This document shows, piece after piece, positions 26,251-52,881 of a stretch of 64,000 nt of DNA. The stretch is from Macrostomum lignano (Eukaryota): NCBI GenBank assembly GCA_002269645.1, contig NIVC01001253.1, forward strand, positions 186,001-250,000. Reading direction: 5' to 3'. The notes beneath the pieces are model-generated. The model did not search any database and was not told where the DNA came from. It saw only the letters and a program-made list of their open reading frames with translations. The position numbers were made by a program, and so were the translations under genes. Each line of letters opens with the position of its first letter. Within the stretch, counting starts at the first letter, position 1.

Positions 26251-27412
26251 CAGACACAGACTTTGCATACGGAAGCAGCCATTGTCACGGCAGATTGCCG
26301 AGATTGCCTGCATTTTCAATCTGAAGTGACGAAGCTAAGAGAGGAAGACAGCAAGGCAGACAGACAGCAGTGCAATTGCAGGAATTGAATACAGCACAAG
26401 CTAGAGTAGCTCAGCTGTACAATTCCCAGGTGGAAGTGCACCTGGCGGGCCCAGCCCATAGCCGCGCTGAGTTTCCGTACCTGATGCAGCTCAGCCAATC
26501 CAAATTAGAGAGGACTCCTCACCTGCAGCTACAGCTGGCTCACAATGAATGGGAACAATATTCCCACCGCGCCAAAAAAATGTGAGTACGAGCTACCTTT
26601 ATGCCTCTCTCTCTCTCATTCTACCTGCCTGTCTCCCATCCCGTTCCCACGCCCGACTGACCCTGCACAGTCAAATTGCACTCCCGACTCAATAAAATAT
26701 GCTTCTCCGTTCTGTTGACTTAACCGCCCTAAGTTGCTCAGCTCCAGAGTCGCCTTAACTACCACAGGTATTAAAAGAAACTCAACGCTACTGAAAATCT
26801 TCACTGCCCTATTGCTGTTCTGTTTGCCTATATATAATCGACATTTTACTTGTAGAGCTGCGTTCACCTTTTTGGCTAGCCTAGCTATGCCAGTTTTGTC
26901 AGTTAGCATTTTGTGTCTGCCTGTCTCATTAATTGAGAGAGCAGCCATTCTTATCTCTGTCAAGTTGGAGCTCAGCTCAGGCGACGCGGCGTAACTAACT
27001 GTCTTTGAGCTGGGCCGCAGACCAGCGGAGTCCCCGCCGTAATAACTTTGGCTGAGCACAGAGTCCGTTGTCAATAGAAGCAACTACCCACCCCCTCCTC
27101 TCTCTCTCCCTTAGTGGACTCAACCAGTGCACGAGCACAACTACCCTCCCAAGCAGAGGGTTTAGACAGACAGTCAGACAGTCTAGCCCAGTTCGTGTGT
27201 TTTCTTCCATTCACATTGTTCGAGTAACACCCGAAAGAGCGAGAGAGAGAGGCTGTGAGCAAGACTCTTCGCCATCTGTCTTCTTACCCACCTTTCATTG
27301 CTTTCTTATTAAGGCCGAACTCAGTAAAACTGGGAGTCCATAGCCCTGGCTTAGGTGTGTCCATCCGTTCAATCTTGTCCGTGAGTCTGCCTGGCAAACA
27401 AACTGAGCGACA

Positions 27413-34262
<6,850 letters not shown>

Positions 34263-37161
34263 TCAATGCCCAGCAGGTCGGCCACCCATCAAAACTGTGT
34301 AAGAGAATTAAGTTTCTTTCTATCCAAACAAACAAACAAAAAATTGCTCACTTTGACTCGCATACTTTATCCTCCGAGACAGTTATAATATTTTTTAATT
34401 AAATCATCTTCAGTAGTTTTCGCATCCAACTATTACTATACTAATTTACTACTGAAAAGTCGTGAGTAGAAATGTTCGAATATTATAGGCTTATTCAAAT
34501 ATTTTTATACTTGATATAGTACCTAAGCTTAGCAGACTTATATTTTTGTTAGTGTTTTTAGAAACCAGCATCATTACTGCATGCATCCCAGCTCAATTTG
34601 TCAATAGAATAAAAGTATATTATTTTTTCATGTAGCATCCAAAATGCGATTCTTGACTTCTTGTAGTTGCTTTTCTAGCAAATTCTCTCATTCGTAAAAT
34701 TTAGTACATATTTGCTTCTTTGCCTACTTTTCAGCTGAGTTCATAAGTAGTATATGTATTTAAAAAACCATTACTTTTTGTCTAGCTTTTTCTGGGAAAA
34801 ATCCGCTTCGCTTATTTGGTAGAACCAAAAGCTGACCATAGCTATAATTGTCTTGATCATAACAAATAAAATAGTTTTTTTTTAATTTTAATAACTCCAC
34901 TTATATATATTTTTTAATTCAATGCTCTTATAACTATAATTTACTGTTTTAACAAAGTTATAATATTAGTAAAAGTTAGTAAATGTCAGAAAAATTTTCG
35001 TTTTTGAATTTTTAAAACGTGTCCCATGGGCTCGAAAACTTTGATTGCACGTACCTCTTTAAATAACTTATAAGTATTTTAAATTTAACAGTTCACTTGC
35101 TTGTTCCATCTAAAATGTTCGGCTAGCCAAGTCATTCACAAGTGTTCAATGAGTGTATTGAGGTTAAATTTTATTAAGTTTATAATAGCTCGTAAATGTA
35201 CCGTAATAAGCTCATTTTTAAAATAAAAAAGTGCCTGGAGCAGTTTTAATACTTTTTATAAGCATTGAGAAAATTTTGGTTCTGATTCTGTTTTTTTGCT
35301 TACCTAGTTATCATTTTGTTTTAATTTAGCTAGTTACGACCGAACTATCTGCTAATGGAGCAGCTGATAGTGAGGTCCGGGATACAATTTTGGGTGACAA
35401 ATTTCGATAAAGAATTGCTCTAAAATGTTACATGCTTGCATTGGTCCATATAATTTTGAAAGGCCTTAAAAAGCGTTGAAAAAAATTGAATTTTACGATA
35501 AAATAACAAAAACGAAAATTCAAAACCACTTTTTTATCTCAAAAAATGTCTTAAAACTCTAAAACGGCCCTTTTCAGAGACAATATATGTAACCCGCAAA
35601 ATTAGCTTCTTGTGTATGCAGCAAACAATCTGATTACCTATGAATGATTAAAATCAGATGAAACTTTTTAGGATGATATTTGGATTTTTTGAATGCTGTT
35701 ATTCTGTTTATCGGGCCATGGTGGTATATTGAATTTGGTAGCGGTTCGGTAGCGGTTGCTGGGGACCGGTAAGTTTTGTACTCAGAAAACACTTCACCAT
35801 CAAGTATGCTATTTTTAGAGTGAAAATATATGCGCTCTCACAGCTGCATGCTGCATATGCCATGCAAAAGCAGAAGTTTTATAGTTTTTGTTTAAATACT
35901 ATACATGTAATACAAGTAATAATTCGCTTGCTAATGGTCTGCAAATTATACATGCTCACCCATTATTTGAGAAGCAATAGTTGCCTTCATATTTATTTAA
36001 TGAACCAAAAAGGCCCATTCTCTAAAGAATTTGAGATAGCTAACGTTAAAATAAATAATTTTATTTCAAAGTTTAATAACATACGAGCTGTTTAATAACA
36101 TCGTAGTAAGAAAGACAAGCAGGACGTACAGAATGGTGTTGATGAGGGAGAAGTGCTATGGAAGAGAGGGCTAGAATGATGCAGCTACCGAAAAGAGGGG
36201 AGGAAATTCAATGAGAAATTGGAATTTAGGAAACAAATTACAATACAACGCTGCAATTAAAATTAATTATAAGCGGAACGTAAGAATAGAAAAGTTAAAA
36301 AAGTCCAAAAAACACGCACATTTACATTTACGCGCGTACATTTAACAGGCCATAAATAACAGTGTCAAAATATTTTTGCGAGTGCAGAAACACTAAAAGG
36401 TTAATAATTTTTAGTCAGATAACAACATTTCTGCGATGTACGAAGTTCTCCACTATCTGTCTTCTCTTTTGGTCCACTTACAGTAGTACGAGTACAGTAG
36501 TACTACAGTAGTATTATTGTACTATTATTTAGTATTATTGTACTTATTGTATTATTATACTGTAGTATTACAGTAGTACTGCGAAACTCCTCTGCGTTAT
36601 ATCTAGATCTATTCAAGTGCAGGAATGTGCATATGGAAACAATAATCTACCGTTAATAAATTAAACCTGCATACAACTGGTGCTTCAGTCGCGAACAATA
36701 TCAAAACTATATTAAAAATTTTCCGGAATTGACGTTGTCGTTATTCTGTGTACGAGCGTCAGCGGAACCTGTGTAATTCTACATGGTTCATGCATTGCCC
36801 TCAGCGCAACCCATCGCTGCATATTATTGAGAGTATGGCTTAAGTATTTCAATCAAACAAACTTTTTTATCGAAATTTACCAACTAATTAATATAACCTC
36901 CTGATACCCTCAGTTTGAAACACACACCGTCAGCTCAAACTTGAAAACTCTAGAATATTGAACACCTCTGAACTTAAACAAACATGGAGCTGTCTTGTAA
37001 ATTAAATTGGTAAACAGTACAGGTGTGCAGCTGGTTGTTGAAGATATCGATATAACAAATCGCTTGTTAAAAATTGAAACTATAAAGATCTATACACATG
37101 CACAGATATGTCTTTCTAATTTTTCAGTCGACGCATCGTCATAAATTCAATATCGCTTCCA

Positions 37162-40100
37162 ATGCTGTCTTGGCGGTTTTTGCAGCACCTGCTATTGCTG
37201 ACTGTTGCATATCAGTCTGGTGCTGTATCAGTGTCGAGTGGATTGTCGGATGGTGAGCACTTTCAAAATTATAAAACTAAAGAAGGAAGCTAATTGGTGA
37301 AGGCTAGATAAAATGAGGGTGGCAGGAGCTGGGCCGTGGGGGGGGGGCAGGGCAATCAGGCCACGGGCCCGCCTGTGGCCCCCCCCCCCCCAATTTCAGT
37401 TTTTTCACTTTGGATTTTCCAAAAAAATAGTTTGAAAAACCCTTTTTTTCTTTTTTACAATTTTTATTTTAGAAGCAATAGTTTTTATACAAGCACTTGT
37501 AAGCTGTTGAAACCTGCGGATCTTGAACCCGTGGAATTCCAATCCCCGGAATTATTTTCGCACGCATTCTAAAATTTGAAGTCATACTCAAACAAAAACT
37601 TAAAAAAATTGTTAATAGTTAGGATGGAGATGAACATAAAATGGAGTAAATTCGTGTAAAATTAAGATTTGAGGCAAGCATTGATCTCGTTGGCTGGGGT
37701 GCTGTGCAGAATATCAGGCAATGTCGATCTAAAACACGTATTGGAAAAGTCAAGAAAACTCTGACCCCTGCCTCTGTCTCTCTCTACATGTACATCCCTC
37801 GGATCCTTTGAAACTTCTATCTTCGCTTCTGTTTCCTCTCTTCTCTCTCATCTTCCGTCTCTCCTGTCATCTCTTCTTTCCTCTTTCCTCTCTTCTCTCT
37901 CCCCTCTTCTTTTGTCTCTTCCCCACCTCTCTTCTCTCACGTCTTTTCTCTCATCCCTACTTTCTCTTCTTTTATCTCTGCTCTCTTATCTCTTCACATT
38001 TCTCTTTTTTCTTGCCTTTCTCTTCTCTCATCTCATCTCTTCCCGGTTCTTTCCTCTCTCCTCTCTCCTCACTCTTTTCTCTGCTCTCCTCTCTCCTCTC
38101 TCCTCTCTACTCTCGTCTCTTCCCTTTCCTCTCTTTTCTCTCCACTCTCCTCTCTCTTCTCTTTCATCTCTTATCTCTCATTTCTCATTTCTCCTGTCAT
38201 CTCTACCACCTTATCTCTTTTCTCTTAACTTTACTCTCTCGTCTCTCATTTTTATTCTTTTATCTCTGCTTGCTCTCTTATCTCTTCTCATTTCTCTCTG
38301 CTCTCTACTCTCTCCTCTCTCCCCTCTTCTCACTCCTCACTCTCCCCTCTCAAAACTTCCCTCCCCTTCTTTCTCTCCTCGCTTCTTTCTACTTCTCTGC
38401 TTTCATTTCTCATCTCTCCTATCATCTCTATTCTCTCTCCTCTCTTGTCTCGATCTTCTCTCCTATCTATCTTCTCTCTCCCTCATCTCTAATCTGTACT
38501 ATCCTTTTAACATCTCTCCTCTCTTCTCTCTGCTTGCTTATCTCCACCCTATAATCTCTCCTTTCTCCACTTTCATCATCTCTCTACTCTCTCCTATCTA
38601 CTCTCTCCTCTCTCATCTCTACTCTCTTCTATCTCCTCTCTACTTCATCCTATCTACTCTCTCCTCTCTCATCTCATCTCTCTCATCTCTCCCTCTTTTC
38701 ACCTCTACTCTCTCCTCCCATTTCTCCCTCCCTACTCTCTCCCCTTCTTCTCTGCCCTCTCCTCTCACTTCTCCTCTCCTCTCGCAGTAAAAAGATACAC
38801 TCTGCAGAGATTAGCCAATAATTAAATGAACCAACAGAGTTTTTTGATGAGAATCTGCCAGAAAAAGTAAATTATTAAGTTAAATGAATTTGTGTTTAGC
38901 TCTCTATTCAAAAATGTTCCAATGCAAATCCTAAAAAGTGTTCTTGGGCAAAAAACATTTAGAATGTTAGTTACATCAACTTAGCTATTGCATTCGTTCT
39001 TTGCGAGCTCTTTTTTGGATGTGATTTTCACTTTTCGGTACAAATTAGCTTTTACAATAATTAAAAAACTCAATTCAAAATGTTGGCATTGCCCCTTCAG
39101 TTTTTACTGAGCCCTAACTGGGCCCCCTATTCTGAAACCTCTGGACGCGCCCCCGCCTGTCAGAAACTAGGAGTTCAATAAATACGAGTAGTTTAAACTG
39201 GCAGAAACTAGTTTTAAATTTGAGACTATATATATATATATAGATATAAATATTTTTGTTTCTATCTGAAATCAAATAGGAAAAGACAGTTTCACCACAT
39301 TGACTGACTGACTGACCAGTCAGAACCTGATTATTGACTTGCAGGGCTCAGCGATGGCGCGAATTCGTTGGCGCGGACGAGGCGAGCCGCCTGCAGCGAG
39401 GGCGACTGCAAGAATGGCGGGACTTGCTGGCCGGGTCCTGTGTCGGAAAGCACCCCTCCGTGTCTGTGTGCTGATGCGTACACTGGTACTTATTGCACTA
39501 ACAGAATAGACGTCTGTGCTTCAACTCCCTGCCAAAACGGAGGCACCTGCAGCAACACAGACGCGAGCCCCTGGTATCGCTGCAGCTGCGTCCCCGGCTA
39601 CACAGGTGGGTGACCGAGTGTGCAAAGCCAGTTGAAGTTCAAGCGCGCCTTAAAATTACTAGCCAAATTAAATCAAAGTCTATTTGAAAATCGAAAAGAT
39701 AAAAAAATAAATACATTTAAAGTTACTGTTCTGTTCGGTGAAATTTTCAGCTAAATACACAGCCAAATAAGATTTAAGCCAAACTTTTAACTTGCTGCAA
39801 ATATCCAATGGAGGGAGGCGGGGCAGCTAAATCCCCCCACCCATCCGCCCGTTAAAAATACGGCGCCCCATAACAACTCTGGTTAAACACTGATTGAAAC
39901 ACTGAATGAAAAACACATTGAAGCAATCTCTTTAAATGGCAAAAGCTCAACTTTTGCCACATCTTGGAATTGGCATCCACGAGCCTTAAGATTTCATGTA
40001 GGGCGCCCCACCTCAGAGACAGGGATGTCCACCTCAGCGACATGGGCGGCCACCTCAGAGACAGGGATGTCCACCTCAGCGACATGGGCGGCCACCTCAG

Positions 40101-42071
40101 AGACAGGGATGTCCACCTCAGAGACAGGTATGTTCACCTCAGAGACAGGGCACCCACCTCAGAGACAGGGCACCCACCTCAGAGACAGGGCACCCACCTC
40201 AGAGACAGGTATGTCCACCTCAGAGACAGGTATGTCCACCTCAGAGACAGGTATGTCCACCTCAGAGACAGGTATGTCCACCTCAGAGACAGGGCACCCA
40301 CCTCAGAGACAGGGCACCCACCTCAGAGACAGGGCATCCACCTCAGAGACGGGCACCCACCTCAGAGACAGGGCACCCACCTCAGAGACAGGTATGTCCA
40401 CCTCAGAGACAGGGGCGTCCACCTCAGAGACAGGGATGTCCACCTCAGAGACAGGGGCACCCACCTCAGAGACAGGGGCACCCACCTCAGAGACAGGTAT
40501 GTCCACCTCAGAGACAGGGCACCCACCTCAGAGACAGGGCACCCACCTCAGAGACAGGGCACCCACCTCAGAGACAGGGCACCCACCTCAGAGACAGGGG
40601 CACCCACCTCAGAGACAGGGGCGGCGGCCACCTCAGAGTCGGGGCGCCACCCCGCTATCAATACGTTTTGATTGCACTTTCCGTTCATTGCACAAGCGTT
40701 CGAAAAAATCTGTTCCTTGCAAGGATCTGATGGTGCTCGCTCTGCATACATTAAAAAAATTCGAATTTCGACTTCAGATTGTACTCAAATTAAATTGAGT
40801 ATTGGCGCCCCTTCGGGTAGCACCCCACCCAGATATAATACTTGCATACTCCACAGCAACAACCAAATTTTATCTCAAAGCATCGACGAAATACGAGTAT
40901 TACAGTCTTATGCCGGGGTTGTAGCCTTGTGGTTAGAGCGTCGGACTCACGACTTGAAGGTCGGGGGTTCGATTTTCGATCCCACTTAAAAATTTTGTGT
41001 CCCTGAGCAAGACACTTAACTCTGCATTGCTTCAGTTCACCCAGCTGTAAAATGGGTGCCAGCATTAGCTGGGGTAATTGAAGGTTTGTGTGGCGACCCC
41101 CCAGTCCTTGGACTGAACAGCCGTACGCAGCCTTCAGATGCGCCGCGCAATAGCTGCGACTGAGCTGTCGGTTCCACATCTGGCCCAATCGGGGCAGGTT
41201 TAATCAGTTATGATTATAATTGCTCTTCCAAAATTCAGTCTTCAAAGCACAGCTATCAAGTCATGAGGTGGAACTTCTTTCACATCCCACCGTACCGAAG
41301 GCATGCGCCGTCTTCCTTTTTTCCGCATCAAGGAGTCCATGGGGGCCAGCGCTTCAGAGTGATGAATGACTTTAGTGCTGGCATCGAAGGGGCTCGTATG
41401 GCATTGCAGAAGTGCGCGGGGGCTGAAGGTGCATACTTTGAGTGGAAAGATTCTTTTAACCAAACTTTGAGCCATCTTTAATTAATTTTTGTACTCGTTG
41501 TCTTCTAGTAATCTTAGCTAAAGTAAGAAAAGGTAGCAGGCCAAAAATAAGTCTGTGAAGTGTTTTGTTTTTACTGCTTATCGTTTTAAATCTATTAGGT
41601 ATTACACAGGTATTTTTGTACAACCATCGTATACTAGCCACCTTGTCTAGGCGTAAAGAGCTTTGGTTGCGAGAAGCATTCAATACGAAGGCTGTTGTGA
41701 GTGACTTTGTTCAGGTTTTTGCTTTCTGTTCTGTTTGCATAGGGTTGAAGTCGATGAGATATTATTTGGGGTATCGCGCATTTTATTTTTTTCTGCTTGA
41801 AATTTGATCTTCAGTTACAAATTTCTGTTGAATGGCAAGGCGAACAAGTAAGATTAATTTTTTGCTTGGATATCGCAGGCACCAACTGCGCGATCAACAT
41901 TGATGACTGCGCCAGCAAGCCCTGCGCCGACGGCCTGTGCTCAGACTTGGTGAATGACTACAGCTGCAGCTGCTTCACAGGCTGGGAGGGCAGGAACTGC
42001 AACATCAACCACAACGACTGCCCAACGGGCGCCTGCCTCAATGGCGGCAGGTGCATTGATGGCAACGGCAC
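37162..42071 (+). CDS. Crumbs-like EGF-repeat gene, copy A (exons 1-3 only; apparently truncated duplicate)
   Basis: Exons 37162-37252 (signal peptide MLSWRFLQHLLLLTVAYQSG), 39345-39605 (RTRRA site + 2 EGF) and 41879-42071 (EGF, identical length to copy B exon 3). No downstream + strand exons were found. Confidence 0.75.
37810..38785. repeat. CT-rich low-complexity tract
   Basis: Directly visible. Confidence 0.93.
40008..40640. repeat. 20-22-bp minisatellite CACCTCAGAGACAGG(TATGT/GCAC)C
   Basis: Directly visible; in intron 2 of copy A. Confidence 0.96.
40913..41215 (+). mobile_element. tRNA-derived SINE with Deu/Nin-type core
   Basis: Pol III A-box-like TAGCCTTGTGG and B-box-like GGTTCGATT, followed by GTGTCCCTGAGCAAGACACTTAAC...CACCCAGCTGTAAAATGGGTGCC, matching the recalled Deu/Nin conserved domain pattern. 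AT-rich tail. Confidence 0.7.
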
Positions 42072-42809
42072 GTGAGTTCTCCTTCTTGACTTGACTCAGC
42101 TGCAGGAGCTCTGGGAGTCTGGATGCAGCGGGGAGGCGTCAACACCTATTCTGCTCACCCCTGGCGACCACGTGCAGGTAGTGCTCAGTAGTGCCAGCGT
42201 CTGCAGCGTGCCCCCCACCCCCCTAGAGAGAGTGCAGGGTGCCCTCAGGTAGCAGACGAGCTGTCCTAAATTCTTGTGCCTGAAAATGTCAAAAATGCCC
42301 GGGTTTGGCCGAGGTAAATGAGCCTGTCCTGGGTAGAGGCGGGACACTCGCAGATGAAGTGCTCCATATTCTCAAAAGCGGAGATGCAGAATGGGATTTA
42401 TTCTTGTAGGTAGCGATATATCACACAAAATTGTTGTTTTGGATATTACACTATATCATAAGACCACACACAAATTACCTGAAGAAATTATACAAATTCA
42501 CCGTTAACTTAGAGTGACAGATTTAAAAGATTTATTAACACTGATTTTTAAATTAATTAAAGGGATCGCAGAGGATGTATGCAGGCTACAATCGGTCAAA
42601 ACGAGATTAAAACGTTAGTTGCATGTACAGCTAGTTTTAAAACGAAAAATAAATAACGAAAGTTTTTTGTGCTATAGCAAGCGTTATGTTATACGGAAAA
42701 GTATTTTAACAAAGTATTGGGTTAGAAAAATGGAATGGCGGAAAAGTTAACCAGCTGAAAGTGAGAAATTCGTGCAGCACACCCACTTGGCAGCTGACGA
42801 TCCGCAGCT

Positions 42810-43277
42810 CAGCAGTGAGCAGTGAGCAGTGAGCAGTGAGCAGTGAGCAGTGAGCAGTGAGCAGTGAGCAGTGAGCAGTGAGCAGTGAGCAGTGAGCAGT
42901 GAGCAGTGAGCAGTGAGCAGTGAGCAGTGAGCAGTGAGCAGTCAGCAGTCAGCAGTCAGCAGTCAGCAGTCAGCAGTGAGCAGTCAGCAGTCAGCAGTCA
43001 GCAGTCAGCAGTCAGCAGTCAGCAGTCAGCAGTGAGCAGTCAGCAGTCAGCAGTGAGCAGTCAGCAGTCAGCAGTGAGCAGTGAGCAGTCAGCAGTCAGC
43101 AGTGAGCAGTCAGCAGTCAGCAGTCAGCAGTCAGCAGTCAGCAGTCAGCAGTCAGCAGTCAGCAGTCAGCAGTCAGCAGTCAGCAGTCAGCAGTCAGCAG
43201 TCAGCAGTCAGCAGTCAGCAGTCAGCAGTCAGCAGTCAGCAGTCAGCAGTCAGCAGTCAGCAGTCAGCAGTCAGCAG

Positions 43278-43285
<8 letters not shown>
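42810..43285. repeat. 7-bp satellite (AGCAGTG)n then (AGCAGTC)n
   Basis: Directly visible. It begins at the stop codon of copy B (TGC TGC TGA CTGCTGA...). Confidence 0.98.
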
Positions 43286-50898
<7,613 letters not shown>

Positions 50899-51049
50899 TG
50901 GAGGCGATATTAAACTTATGATGATGCGGTAACTGAAAATTCGAAAATAATGTTTAGCTATTTTCCGTAACGAACGATTCCTAGAAGCGTACACTGAATA
51001 CCCATTTAATATACAAGACAGTTCAATGTGCGAAGGTGAGGGATGAACC

Positions 51050-51225
51050 CGAAGTGGAGAGAAGAGAGGAGAGGACAGAGGAGATGCGAGAAGGATACGA
51101 GAGAGAGGAGTGAAAAGAGAGGAGAGAGGAGACTAAGGCGAGGGAGGAGAGCTGAGAAGAGACGAACCCTGAGCCGGCCCGTATGGCTATTGTGAAGTTT
51201 CAAAAGACCGGAGGGCCTTCGATGA
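51050..51225 (-). mobile_element. Partial copy of the hAT-like MITE family
   Basis: Reverse complement contains CTCCGGTCTTTTGAAACTTCACAATAGC (cf. 5472-5498) and ATACGGGCCGGCTCAG (cf. 15674) plus a CT tract. TIRs are not evident. Confidence 0.45.
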
Positions 51226-52881
51226 AAAATTTTCGATGAAAAAGATAAAACTTTCAACAATTTTATTAAACCATGAAGCAATCCATGCGTTTTGTAGAAT
51301 TACAGGTTCCACTTACACAGTACGTCAATTCCGGAATATTTTTAAAATAGTTTTGATGTCGTTCGCGGTGAAGCGCAGCTTTAACAGTATTACAGTGTTT
51401 ATTAGCAGTAATAGGTTTGGTAGGACACAGCTCGAACTCGGTAAGCAGAGCTCAAATAGAGAATTAGAATGCAGAGCACAGCATCTCAGATGCTGATGTT
51501 TCTATATTTAGTAAATAAATAGGCATGTATTTATCGTGCTGTCTGCGACAGCAGCGACACAGTTATCCAACTAATGCTCTTATCAGTTAAGAAGACAAAA
51601 ACTGGAGAACTTCGTATGCACTGAGTGTTGTTAATCCGACAGCTAATTTCTACAGTGCTATTGTTTTTGTGGTAAGCAGACTGAGTAGAAAAATAAAGCA
51701 ATGAGACGAGCTGGCTGCAATATTATGTGTCTGAGCAGGGTTGAGACTAGAATCTTAACTTTGCTTATTCAGGTGATGCAAATTGGCCTTGTATTCCAGA
51801 CCATCCCACAATCCATGCCGCAAACCTATCCCACAACCATCAGCCACTTCAAACCAACCACGAGTTTCACATAGCCTCCGCATGTCTGTTGACCAGTTCA
51901 CGCCGACATGCATGTATACACGTAGGTCACTCTACTCGTCACTAACTACTGTCAGTAATGTAAGTCTAATATAGCTTAGAATTGGATTTCAGTCTATAAG
52001 CTCTATATTATAGTTTTAAACTTAAACTTAAAGTATTTTAACAGATGAAACAAATATGTGTGGAATCTGAAGCAACTGTAAAGCTTTGACTCTTTAGTGA
52101 TTTTCAGCACAGCACATGTATTTTTCGAATAGCGACACAATTAAATTTTGTTAATGACAGCAATATCGACAGAACAAACCGTAATATTACGAGCATATAT
52201 AATGACTAATACACTTATTAGCAATAGTTTTTTATGTTGGCATAACAATATTAAAGCTAGATTGATGCAATTTTTACAGGAAATTCATGTAAACTGGACT
52301 TGCCATAAAACTCATATTTAAACAAAAATTCTGCGTTTCAAACACGATACGCAATACAGTTTCAGAATGAAACTTGCATCAACTTATATCAGCACAGCAT
52401 TTTATAACATTATATAACTTTTGGACTTTAAAAAATATTTTACAAGAACAAGTAGCAGTTTTTTAGAAGCTCGTGACACCATCGCACTCTTACTTCGAGA
52501 ATTAGAGTCTCGAAGGCTCAATTAAAGTAAAAAGCAATCAATTTGTATGCATTCATTTTCCGATGTTGCTTTGTTATAATGAAAGTGCCGCATTTAAACA
52601 AACGAATATATACATTAGAGATATTTTTCTGTTTCAGCTTCAATTTCTTGTTGAAAAATTCAGCTTTTTTAGATCGTTTAAGCAACTTGACTTTCTTCAT
52701 TTTCAAAGGTCAATTGCTTGCCCACGATCCTTCATTTTTTATGTTAGTTTAAAAATCATGTAGCGCTTCGAAGCATGTCATAATTAAGAAAGACAATTGG
52801 CATTTTAGGTTTGCTTCATCAAATAAATTGGTTCTTTAAGATGTATCTGGGTGGGAAGAAGTATCAACGTTGGAAAATCAT

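Noticed and set aside
26616-27083. 155-aa minus-strand ORF upstream of the BTB-NPH3 gene
   Set aside because: No recognisable domain or codon bias; probably 5' intron/UTR sequence.
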